DNA of 64,000 nucleotides from Veleropilina oligotropha (Eukaryota): NCBI GenBank assembly GCA_048128005.1, contig JBEUKZ010000080.1, positions 1 to 64,000 of the forward strand, read 5' to 3'. Shown piece by piece: positions 20,279 to 29,271 of this stretch (position 1 is its first letter; each line of letters starts with the position of its first letter). The notes under the pieces were generated by a model. It saw only the letters and a program-made list of their open reading frames with translations, ran no database searches and was not told where the DNA came from. The position numbers and the translations under genes were made by a program.

Positions 20279-21551
20279 TCTCGATATTCAGCTGTGCGTC
20301 CATGATCACGAACTCGTAGACGTTCAGTGGACCGGCCGCTTCGGCTGTTTTAGTGATCTGAATAGTAATGCCTTCGCTGGCGTTCTCGACCCTCCGGCCT
20401 GACCCGTGCAACTGATCGTCGTCAGTTACCCGCATATCGATCCAGAGCGCAAATTTCTTAGTCAGAAACTCGCCCAGGGTGACGTCTGCCAACGCTAAGT
20501 CCTTTGCGACCATCGCGACCTCAGGATGCCGCTTGCTGCAGCCGGAGGCGAACATTTTCTTGGCTTCTTCCCAGATCTGGTATGTTCGCATGCCCTGGCT
20601 GTAGATTTGATTCGGGACACCCTCGATTGTGACCTCGACCTTTGTGATCTTCGGATTATAGAAGGCCTCAGTATCGCGAGAGAATGGCGCGGCGTCTCTC
20701 GCAGGGTCCTCGAACAACAGTAGTATTCCTTTCATCGACCTCGCCGGTACGTTCACATTCATATTCCACAACGAGTCGCTCTTGTCTAGGGTGAGCTTCC
20801 GATGCCGGAGAACACGGTCGTACAGGATTACGAGTTGACCCTGGTATTGATTTCGAATCCGTCTGGCAAGCTCGGATTGGGTTACCATGTCATATTCGAG
20901 GGATATATTGTCGATGGAATAGCTGGAACCGGAGTCGTCCGTCTCCCGGATAGTCCGGGAGTAGTCGTTGAACGTTAGCTCATACTCGAGACGGTCTCCA
21001 AGGGCGCTTTGATAGAATGGCATGTGACTTTCCAACAGCTCGAAATCCAGCGGGATGCGGAATCGGTTACCGTACGCGGCCGCGACCGCGACATCCTCAG
21101 ACAGTCTGAAGGCGTCTGCCGCGCCAACACGATGCTTCGTAGTGTTGTGTCCATCGCTGGTATCAATCCCCTGGTACTGGGCGTTCTTGCGCTCCCCTGT
21201 GGTCTTCCAGAGATCGCAGTAGCAGTGGTACACGTCGGAGTCGTCAATCGACATGATCTCGTTTCCACTTATCTTTATCGTGGTCTTTCTGATCACGGCA
21301 CGGCCGATATTTTGCACTACAGTCCTATTCGCATTTACCGAGGTCAGAGAGATGGTAAATGCGAGGTGGGCAGTCCCTGGAACGATCACGTCATTCGCCC
21401 CGAGATTAGGGAACCGAACCAGGAGCTGCTGGTTCGGGGCAATCGTTGATGGATTGTTTGTAATCGTGACCGACTGGCGGATGCCCTTGACTGCGAGGGG
21501 CTCACGCAGCCTGCGGTATGGATTAAGCTTGCGTCCGTATACGCTAGTCAT
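20250..21551 (-). CDS. Major capsid protein (putative double jelly-roll, hexon-like)
   Basis: ~433 aa, beta-rich, adjacent to the ATPase. Segments NNPSTI..QQLLVRFP, IRKTTIKISGNEIMSID and YSIDNISLEYD resemble Polinton/PLV MCPs. The upstream ATG at 21587 is possible. Confidence 0.8.
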   Translation of the reverse strand: MTSVYGRKLNPYRRLREPLAVKGIRQSVTITNNPSTIAPNQQLLVRFPNLGANDVIVPGTAHLAFTISLTSVNANRTVVQNIGRAVIRKTTIKISGNEIMSIDDSDVYHCYCDLWKTTGERKNAQYQGIDTSDGHNTTKHRVGAADAFRLSEDVAVAAAYGNRFRIPLDFELLESHMPFYQSALGDRLEYELTFNDYSRTIRETDDSGSSYSIDNISLEYDMVTQSELARRIRNQYQGQLVILYDRVLRHRKLTLDKSDSLWNMNVNVPARSMKGILLLFEDPARDAAPFSRDTEAFYNPKITKVEVTIEGVPNQIYSQGMRTYQIWEEAKKMFASGCSKRHPEVAMVAKDLALADVTLGEFLTKKFALWIDMRVTDDDQLHGSGRRVENASEGITIQITKTAEAAGPLNVYEFVIMDAQLNIENGRFVEALY

Positions 21552-21587
21552 GGCTGAATTAGATGCGTATCCCACTGATGTATTCAA

Positions 21588-22901
21588 ATGGCGGAATTCG
21601 AGAACCCCGCATTCGAGCCGGACGATCTCATCGACAACGATGATACCATCATCGACGATACTGATGTGGATCTATCCACCGACCGGTTTATGCCTGTTCT
21701 TTCGGAACGGCCACAGGAAGGAACCAGCAGTCTTCAGCAAGAGCTCGTTCAGGGCGTGGTTGACGACTACTACAAAGCCCTGGCACAGGAGGGGCAGACC
21801 CCAGCCACGGGGCGAGATTATTCAAAATTCAAGTATGTGAGGGGAAAATTAGGGAGGGGGGGGAAATTGGTGATGACGGACTACCCCGACATCAATCTCA
21901 TAAATTCTCGCACCGGCAACCCCTTGGCGTTGTCAACAATAGCTGGCCGGCCTGGTGGGGGTGATGCAATCCGTGAAGGGTTGGGTTTTGTACACTGGAC
22001 GCGGGGGGGACAAAAGCCGTCCTCAAAAGCGGTTGCAGCTCTTCAGACAGCCGACAACGAGTTGAGCGGTGCGGCCGCCAATGTCGACACTATGGAACTT
22101 CAGGATTTGGGGCAGACTGCTACTGATGCCTCGGTAGCAATCCACACGATGGAGACGAAATTCACTGATACCGAGGTTGAAGAGATCTTAGGCACAATGG
22201 GGGACCCTCCATTAAATCTTCGTGAGCTTCGTGGGCTTGATAAGGCGATGCAGACCATCCGAGGCGAACTCACGAACAACTTAGCCAAGCTAACGGCGCT
22301 GGATGAACACATAGAGCTGGAGAAGATGAAGCTCGATCAGGCAGATGAAGAGGGCGGTGTGGATGAGTTCATCCGTCGACGGATCGCGGAACGTCTGCGT
22401 GACCTGAATGATGAAAGAGCAGCTCGCCTAGAGGCAGCCTCATCAAGCCGGGAGGCCCTTCGCTCTCAAATCAGCCGGATCCGAGAGATGATAAGTCGGA
22501 TCCTGAACACCGACACAACGCTGGCCGAGCGTATCCGGACCCTGTTCCGCGAGCAAGGGGTTACGATCGCAACAATACTGACCGCTATTGGGTTGGCTAT
22601 CTCGACTTTGGTACTAGCCCTGACAGGCGGAGCAACAAGCCCGCCAACGCCACCACCACCTCCCAGTGGTCAGGGCGGGGTCAAGGAGTGGGTAAAAAAG
22701 CAGCTGAAGACCCTGGGTCGGATTCTGGGCAAACTAGCAGGGAAGGCCGCAGCCGTGCTCCCAGGAATACTTGGAAGCCTGGTCTCCTGGCTAATCAACC
22801 TGATTGGCAAGACTGCGTCGTGGCTCGCCGAAAACCTGTGGGCACTGGTCATATCAGTTGGGGGCTTGCTTCTTATTGCCGCTAGACAGTGGGTCACGTA
22901 A
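21588..22901 (+). CDS. Coiled-coil protein with a C-terminal hydrophobic/amphipathic helical bundle (candidate membrane-active structural protein)
   Basis: 437 aa: acidic N-terminus, long heptad region, then GVTIATILTAIGLAISTLVLAL, a Pro linker and amphipathic WVKKQLKTLGRILGKL...LWALVISVGGLLLI. Confidence 0.75.
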   Translation: MAEFENPAFEPDDLIDNDDTIIDDTDVDLSTDRFMPVLSERPQEGTSSLQQELVQGVVDDYYKALAQEGQTPATGRDYSKFKYVRGKLGRGGKLVMTDYPDINLINSRTGNPLALSTIAGRPGGGDAIREGLGFVHWTRGGQKPSSKAVAALQTADNELSGAAANVDTMELQDLGQTATDASVAIHTMETKFTDTEVEEILGTMGDPPLNLRELRGLDKAMQTIRGELTNNLAKLTALDEHIELEKMKLDQADEEGGVDEFIRRRIAERLRDLNDERAARLEAASSSREALRSQISRIREMISRILNTDTTLAERIRTLFREQGVTIATILTAIGLAISTLVLALTGGATSPPTPPPPPSGQGGVKEWVKKQLKTLGRILGKLAGKAAAVLPGILGSLVSWLINLIGKTASWLAENLWALVISVGGLLLIAARQWVT

Positions 22902-24174
22902 GCCAAATGAACGCTAGGCCAACGACAATGCCGCCCACGATAAGTGCGGTTTTATCCTCGTCATGTGCCGCTGGAACAGCCGCCACTGAGGCCACAGCTG
23001 GCAGAGAGCTTGGATGCTTCGGAGTAACTACCGGTATGCTTGCATCTGAGTCTTGTGGAATAACCAGTCCTGTTTCTCCAGTATCCCCAGTGGCGTTGGG
23101 CGGCACACTGGCCGCGTTCACCGTAGTATTAAGACCGAGTGTCTGGTCTTCCGTGGCGACGACGATCTCATTGTTATAACCAGCCACCTGCCCGATCCGT
23201 AGAAGCATGTTACTTGGCGCCATGTACAGGCCAACGCCGAATACGAAGTCCACTTTGGACCTCGCATACTGGAGCACCTCTTGGTACCGTTTGATGGCTG
23301 CTGGGAGGTCAACGGGGGATGCGATGGCGTCTTCCACGTTCGCCAGGAACTGTTTCTGTGCGTCAAACGCCGTCCCACTACCCAGAATACTTGCACGCGT
23401 TTGAGCCTGCGCTCCAAGAATAGCCCAGACGTAGGTCCTGATGGAATCATTGAGCCTTTCCACGCCGGCCCTCGTGAATCCCACCGACCTGTCCAGAATA
23501 AAAGTAGCCCAACCGTTTTTAAGTGCAGGCGCTTGCGCGATGTAGTCCACGTGCAGATTCGTGTTGGTCGTACCTTTGGTGAAGGACATTCGGCTTGGAT
23601 CATAGTCACGTCCGATGGGGTGGTAGCCGTTGTTCGTCCAGTAGCTGTAAGCGGTGCCTAGTCCGCCGTTGGGACCCTTGACACGCCAGTCGGTATGGGG
23701 AGACACCCCAAATTCGCTGCAGATCTTCTCATATGCCCTGCGGTCATACGGGTTGTCGAATGCATCCCACGTCCGGTCCTGTGGCAGCGGCGCCTGAATT
23801 TCGGATAAGATTCGTCTGACCTGATAGTAGACGTGGAAGGTGAATACAGCAGTGGAGAGGGGGTCGGTCGCATTTAAGTGGTCTTCTGAGGAGATTCCGG
23901 AACCTGTTGTGGCACACCAAACTGCGAAATTGACCTTGTTCTGCCAGAACCTCATCGGCGTGCTGTTCCAATCCCTTATCAGCCCGTCACTAGCGACATG
24001 AGGGAGGCGGTATTTCTGAAAGACGTCAGGGTATGTTGCCCCGAATGTAGTGGTTGAGCTATTACCCACATTGATGCTTGGTCTCGTAAGCTGCTCATCT
24101 TTGATCTTTGCTGGGTACACCACACCGGTCGGATAGGCCGCACTCCTATTAAACGCAAAGGCGCTCTTAGCCAT
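22894..24174 (-). CDS. Hypothetical 426-aa protein with a C-terminal TM anchor
   Basis: Long ATG-started ORF: aromatic-rich globular part, low-complexity stalk, terminal ALIVGGIVVGLAFIWLT. Confidence 0.75.
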   Translation of the reverse strand: MAKSAFAFNRSAAYPTGVVYPAKIKDEQLTRPSINVGNSSTTTFGATYPDVFQKYRLPHVASDGLIRDWNSTPMRFWQNKVNFAVWCATTGSGISSEDHLNATDPLSTAVFTFHVYYQVRRILSEIQAPLPQDRTWDAFDNPYDRRAYEKICSEFGVSPHTDWRVKGPNGGLGTAYSYWTNNGYHPIGRDYDPSRMSFTKGTTNTNLHVDYIAQAPALKNGWATFILDRSVGFTRAGVERLNDSIRTYVWAILGAQAQTRASILGSGTAFDAQKQFLANVEDAIASPVDLPAAIKRYQEVLQYARSKVDFVFGVGLYMAPSNMLLRIGQVAGYNNEIVVATEDQTLGLNTTVNAASVPPNATGDTGETGLVIPQDSDASIPVVTPKHPSSLPAVASVAAVPAAHDEDKTALIVGGIVVGLAFIWLT

Positions 24175-24181
24175 AGCTACT

Positions 24182-24922
24182 ATGTTTCACACATTAACAA
24201 ACGTTCAAGAGGGGACCGCGGTTGCCCTCCTGGAGCCGATTGATAACCGGGACGGCAAGCTATGTGTCAGCTTGCAGTCGCTCGACTATTGGGTAGGCTG
24301 GCACAACGTGCATGCCGGAGCCTTCTTTAAGACACCGGATACCACGGTCGACGTGGCACCAGGTTTCTACAGCTTCGATGACCTCGCCAAGACGATGAAG
24401 AGGTCGCTAGTTAACCTACAACTAGATGTAAGCCATGCTACAGGGCTCGCCCGAATCGTGGTCCCAGAGGGGACTCGACTCGCGATAAGCGACGATATAC
24501 GAAAACTCCTCGGCTTAGACCTCTCTTCGTTTATTCTCGATAAAGCAGGGAATCTGAACCAACCGGTTCGGGGAGTACAGGGCCAACCACCTCCCCCTCC
24601 GGAGAGATCCGAGTGGCTACGCCCTGGGACTTATGACGGGAATAAGCCTGTCGGGTTTGCCATAGCGCCAACCCTGCACGTCCACCTGGAGCAGCTTAGT
24701 ACAACGCACAATGTGAAGGACGGCGCCCCGAGCACTATTCTCGCGGTGGTCCCTATCACGTCGCAGATGTTCGGTGAAGCTGGCCACTATCATAGCTATC
24801 CCGCCGGCCGGCGACTACAGGCCGGGCTAATCACAGAGTTGAAGGTTTATGTCACAGACGCAGATGGTAACCCGATCGAGAATCACGGCATGCCCATTAC
24901 CGCAGTCCTTGCGATACAATGA
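24182..24922 (+). CDS. Minor capsid protein (single jelly-roll, penton-like)
   Basis: VSLQSL...WHNV, PGFYS, LHVHLEQL..N..DGAPSTILAVVP and ITELKVYVTDADGNPI..GMPITAVL match the pattern of Polinton minor capsid proteins. Confidence 0.8.
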   Translation: MFHTLTNVQEGTAVALLEPIDNRDGKLCVSLQSLDYWVGWHNVHAGAFFKTPDTTVDVAPGFYSFDDLAKTMKRSLVNLQLDVSHATGLARIVVPEGTRLAISDDIRKLLGLDLSSFILDKAGNLNQPVRGVQGQPPPPPERSEWLRPGTYDGNKPVGFAIAPTLHVHLEQLSTTHNVKDGAPSTILAVVPITSQMFGEAGHYHSYPAGRRLQAGLITELKVYVTDADGNPIENHGMPITAVLAIQ

Positions 24923-25281
24923 GCAGCATCTACGGGACCCTCCCCCTACCCCTGCTTGCAGATGAGCCCTCTTCCCCCCCGACCCGGTGGCACTTTGTCC
25001 TTAATTGTGGGGTAGCGCCCAATAAGGGGCTGGCGAGAAGGGAGTTCATGTTTCCAAACACTAGAGGTCGGTTCGGGTTGAACCCAGCCCTTCTAATGAT
25101 CCACCTGACGCCGGTCCAGCCGGCCGGGGGCCCCAAGGCATGTTCCATAAGTAAACTCAGCCTGGATTCGGATAAGTTAACCCTCGCCTTTGTCGTCAAG
25201 GCCCCGTGGGTCGGCACTCTGTATTTGAACGTTACAGTAGACATTTTAAACAAACAGGCGGAACAATACAGCCACGTATGA
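24919..25281 (+). CDS. Hypothetical 120-aa beta-rich protein
   Basis: ATGA overlaps with both the upstream and the downstream ORF. Confidence 0.6.
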   Translation: MSSIYGTLPLPLLADEPSSPPTRWHFVLNCGVAPNKGLARREFMFPNTRGRFGLNPALLMIHLTPVQPAGGPKACSISKLSLDSDKLTLAFVVKAPWVGTLYLNVTVDILNKQAEQYSHV

Positions 25282-25913
25282 TGGACAACAAACCCTCAGC
25301 GCCAACGCTGTACCCACAGCTTGGTGGCGATGTGCCTTCGGAACTGCATGAGGCACAGTCTTTCCGACTACAGAAAGTGAATGAGCTTCAGGGACAGCTA
25401 GAGCGAGAACGGGATGCCCGGGCTGCACTATATAAAAAGTACCGACGAGGTGTTAACGTCGTTGACGGTATAGATAACGGACTAGTCGTCGCCACACTTG
25501 GTATGGGTAGCGCTGGAATTGGTCTACTGTCCACAATTGTAGCCGCCCCGGTCGTCCTAGTGCTGGAACTAGCGGCATTAGGGTGTGGGCTCGCTAGTAT
25601 GGGTGGAAAGTATATCAGCCGGCGCCTCGGGGTGAAGGCTAAGAAACACGACGAGATTCGAGTCCTGGCCGACAGCAAGCTGAATACCATAACCGACCAC
25701 GTCTCAAAGGCATTATCGGACGGGGTGATGTCTGATGATGAATTCCAACTGGTCACAGGGGAGATGTTGAAATACCAAGCTATGAAGGCATCAATTCGGG
25801 ATAAGAGTAGGAAGGCGCACACCGCGATTTCACAGACCCAGAGCGAGCTTATTGAGCGTGGTCGTTTAGAGGGTCGTGCAGAGCTGCTGAAAAAAATCGG
25901 AGCTGGCGACTAA
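25278..25913 (+). CDS. Two-TM hairpin protein flanked by coiled coils
   Basis: FRLQKVNELQGQLERE..YKKY, hydrophobic hairpin LVVATLGMGSAGIGLLSTIVAAPVVLVLELAALGCGL, then KAKKHDEIRVLADSKLNTI..VSKALSDG. Confidence 0.75.
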   Translation: MMDNKPSAPTLYPQLGGDVPSELHEAQSFRLQKVNELQGQLERERDARAALYKKYRRGVNVVDGIDNGLVVATLGMGSAGIGLLSTIVAAPVVLVLELAALGCGLASMGGKYISRRLGVKAKKHDEIRVLADSKLNTITDHVSKALSDGVMSDDEFQLVTGEMLKYQAMKASIRDKSRKAHTAISQTQSELIERGRLEGRAELLKKIGAGD

Positions 25914-25995
25914 CTATCCAGGTTGAGCGTAGCCACGACTACCCCGCTCCTCCCCCGTATTAAAGCTAGAAATCGACAGTGATATCTGGACAACC

Positions 25996-26427
25996 ATGAA
26001 ATCCATGAAATCTATGCTACTGTGTATTGCCGCGGTGTGCTGGCTAGGGGGTGTGTCTACCCAGGCGTCGACACACAACACTGCATTAATTCTGGAACAT
26101 ACGTGGACTAGGTACCGAAATCATCCCAGGTATAACGCCCGATTTGACCCCTTACGTAGAAACTTGCTTCTTCGCCCGGGTAGAGACCCCACCCCTGATG
26201 TCTCTCCACCGTCATGCCACTATTTTATTATCGGAGAGAATGACTGTAGCCCTGCCACACCAAGAGATACTGTCACATGTGTCCAGTGTTCGACCCCCTC
26301 GTTATGTCCTGGAAAAAATGGGGAGTATTATACCATGCTGTCTGGCTGCTTCGGTGTGTGGAGAAAAGTCGGACACATCTCACCCTGTAATTGTACTTTA
26401 ATATCGGGCAACTATATATTCATATAA
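25996..26427 (+). CDS. Secreted Cys-rich protein, possibly cystine-knot cytokine-like (cargo gene)
   Basis: Signal-peptide-like MKSMLLCIAAVCWLGGVSTQA, good ACCATG context, eight Cys in the C-terminal half ending in CxC. Confidence 0.6.
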   Translation: MKSMKSMLLCIAAVCWLGGVSTQASTHNTALILEHTWTRYRNHPRYNARFDPLRRNLLLRPGRDPTPDVSPPSCHYFIIGENDCSPATPRDTVTCVQCSTPSLCPGKNGEYYTMLSGCFGVWRKVGHISPCNCTLISGNYIFI

Positions 26428-27123
26428 ACCAGCTGTTGGGAATCTCTGCCTTGCCTTACACTATGTCACAGCTGTGTATATAAATATTTTCCAGGTCGAC
26501 GAGAGCGAATCGCATACGCTTCAGGTCGACCCATTATCCGATTTATGAATGAAATACCTCGCATCAATAAGTTACTAGTCGAACCTGGTCACGTGTAGTA
26601 TTAATACAGCCTGCCGGCTGTCTATACAGTACAACCTATTCATAACGTTTCGCTTCGCGATCTCGGGGAAACAATAGACGCCTAATAGCCTAATGAGTTT
26701 CTCAGCGGATATGAATAAATATTCTTCTATTATCAAGACATGCCAAATCCGGGTATTTAAAATACCTCGGCCGCGTATTGTTTCCCCGAGCTCACAAGCC
26801 GCTTATCTGTCTGGCTGGTTAACCCAGCTAAAAACAGATTTTGTCAAACGTAGTACAGAAATTGCAAGCTGTCGATAGCTTTTGGTGACCCAGTAAAAAA
26901 AAGGTTTGACCCACTGAATAGTATCTGCTCCATTTAAAATTATTTTGTCCTGAAACGGGTCATCGCTCTAGTTACAAAGTTTTGGTCCAGATGTTTACAT
27001 CTGGACAGTTTATCCTCTAAATGGAAATTCTACATGGTAACAATGATTCAGCAATATAAAGTCTACACGTGACAACGAGTCAGCAGTCATTGTCACGTGT
27101 CACAATAAAGATTCTCGAGAATG

Positions 27124-27207
27124 AGCACACTAGGTCAGCCACAGGCTATGAATACACCAGGCAGTAGCACACTAGGTCAGCCACAGGCTATGAATACACC
27201 AGGCAGT
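27124..27207. repeat. Perfect 42-bp tandem duplication next to the right TIR
   Basis: AGCACACTAGGTCAGCCACAGGCTATGAATACACCAGGCAGT occurs twice. Confidence 0.95.
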
Positions 27208-27264
27208 AGCAAAGGAGGTCTCGACACGGATACAAACATACGCCAGGCCGGCCTGGGTAGTGGC

Positions 27265-27658
27265 CGCTGTACACACGGTAACTTTTTGTAATACAATCAC
27301 TACCCCGGGGGTCTGAACAGGGTGCTGGGAGCCTTAATTTCCCTCGCCGCGCCCCCACATAAAAGGTATGGTCACCCCCCCTGCTGCTGCTGGTTTTATG
27401 CCTGAAAAACTGCCCCTATTAGAGTACACTCACCCCCCCTGCTGACTATTCTAAGCTACCCTAGTTTGTACACACGGTGACTTTTTGTAATACAATCCCT
27501 ACCCTCAGTCCCAAAATAGGGCTGGGAGCCTCCACGGCGGCCGCCCCGCCCCTAGTCTATACTCCATAGTTCCCCTCAGTAATACCAGCTCAGTTCTGAA
27601 CAGGTGCTGGGCGCTGTATTTTCCCATTCTAAAAAGTCCAATCACCCCCCCTGCTGCT
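27265..27658 (-). repeat. Right TIR of copy 1
   Basis: Ends TCACCCCCCCTGCTGCT; reverse complement of 11546-11938. Confidence 0.93.
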
Positions 27659-28267
27659 ACATATATAAAACAGCTGCGAACGATCTTGTGATGCTGTCTA
27701 ATTATTTACCCATTGTAGTGCAGCGGCAATGGTAAATATTATATAACAATTGTGCATTCTGTGATAAAAGCAAGAAACTTGGCAGTTTTTTAGTATATTA
27801 TATACTGATCAATTTCTGATATAGTGCCAATTCCAAATTGACCCGTGCCCGATATTATGACGTCATGAAAATGGCCGCCATTTTGAATGTGACCAAATGA
27901 CTAAAAGCTGATGTAACAAGGCCATTCACTCTCCAGGCAAAGAGATACGAAACGACGACCCCAGTCTTATATAACCAATAAAATGGCCGACTATGCGAGC
28001 AGAGTGAAGGCCATTATTATACAACAGATTTTTATAGAATAAATACAAATTTGAAAATTCACATTATACGTAGAATGATATTAAAAGTGAATATATGATG
28101 ATGTAATAGTGACGTTTATTACTTAATTATAACAAAATTGAAAAGGTATAATATATGTAAATCTTTCAAATGTCTTCATTTATTTTTAAAATAGTAATAA
28201 AATATAAGATAATATTTATTATAATCATAACAAAATAATATATAAAATAGTAGAATATAGACATTAA

Positions 28268-29271
28268 GGCCCGATTTCTTGTCGGAGGTTTAATAATGAG
28301 TGATTTAAACCGTGATTCAGGATTAGTTGACGATGGTTTTAGTTAAATCTCCGATCATATTTAAACCGATTTCTCGTTCGACACCACTGCGGCGCTCAGC
28401 AAAACCACGGCTGTTCCCTGTACCTCCACTAAATTGGTCTTTTCACAGTCTTGTCGCATAGGCTGAACAACGATGATATGGCTGTGAAAGCCATCATATT
28501 CAGCACATGTATGAATCGCTGTATGCACAATGAATACGACGACGTAATTTTGTATCAAATGGAAATTGTTAACCTTATTCAGTTATACGCAATCGGGAAT
28601 GAAAAATTACAAATAGGCTAAACCGTGATTTGAAACCAATCTTTAGGACCAGCGCAGTTAGCGAGTAGTAAATCTTATAATAAGCTTCAGTAATATAATT
28701 CATGTAAATTTTATAATGAAAAGCTCATACGAGCAGATCTATAATAATCTGTTTAGTTGAAATTCATTCATTGATAGCGTTTAATAAAACTGTATGGGAT
28801 GTAACTAATAACTTTGCTATTTAAATATGATACAAGTAATATATCGTGTGATACAATATTTGGCTATAATCCAAAATAAGAAAGGTAAATAAAGTACTGA
28901 TTTGAATTAATATTTCATTGCGTCTCTGCAATTTATTTTGTTTTATTTTCATATTTTATTTAAAGTAATGTTGCTATTATCTGACTGCATACTCGAAATA
29001 TCTCAATAAAATCCAGTGTGTCTGTAAAAAATAACTTATCGTTACGTGCAACACGCATTTCTTATCGAAGTACCTTCATAATCTCGATATCGGATACATT
29101 GATCCGTGGTTTAAGTTCTTAAATCGCCGATATTGGCGGTTTAATATTTGCTCGACTTGAACCGCTGTTCAACTTTAAGTCGGCGACGAGAAATGCGAAC
29201 TGTATTTTAACTCTACTTAAAGCGGAGTTCAACTGCGATTGAAGGTTCAACCGTCGACAAGAAATCGGGCC
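28268..29271. mobile_element. PIF/Harbinger-type MITE
   Basis: TIRs GGCCCGATTTCTTGTCG / CGACAAGAAATCGGGCC, flanked on both sides by TAA. Confidence 0.85.

Larger units (their letters stand above)
11546..27658. mobile_element. Full-length endogenous Polinton-like/adintovirus-like DNA virus (copy 1), ~16.1 kb
   Basis: AG...CT termini ((AGC)n G7 TGA), ~400 bp TIRs, rve integrase, packaging ATPase, major and minor capsid proteins, PolB-helicase fusion. Visibly more GC-rich than the flanks, with tightly packed ORFs. Confidence 0.93.

Noticed and set aside
26693..26878. 61-aa ORF inside the right end of the virus
   Set aside because: Short, no motif, and no second copy in the window to test conservation.
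11546..27658. Bacterial prophage or contamination, suggested by high GC and operon-like packing
   Set aside because: rve integrase, Polinton-type TIRs, capsid/ATPase type, two copies embedded in animal repeats and a LINE junction indicate an endogenous eukaryotic virus.
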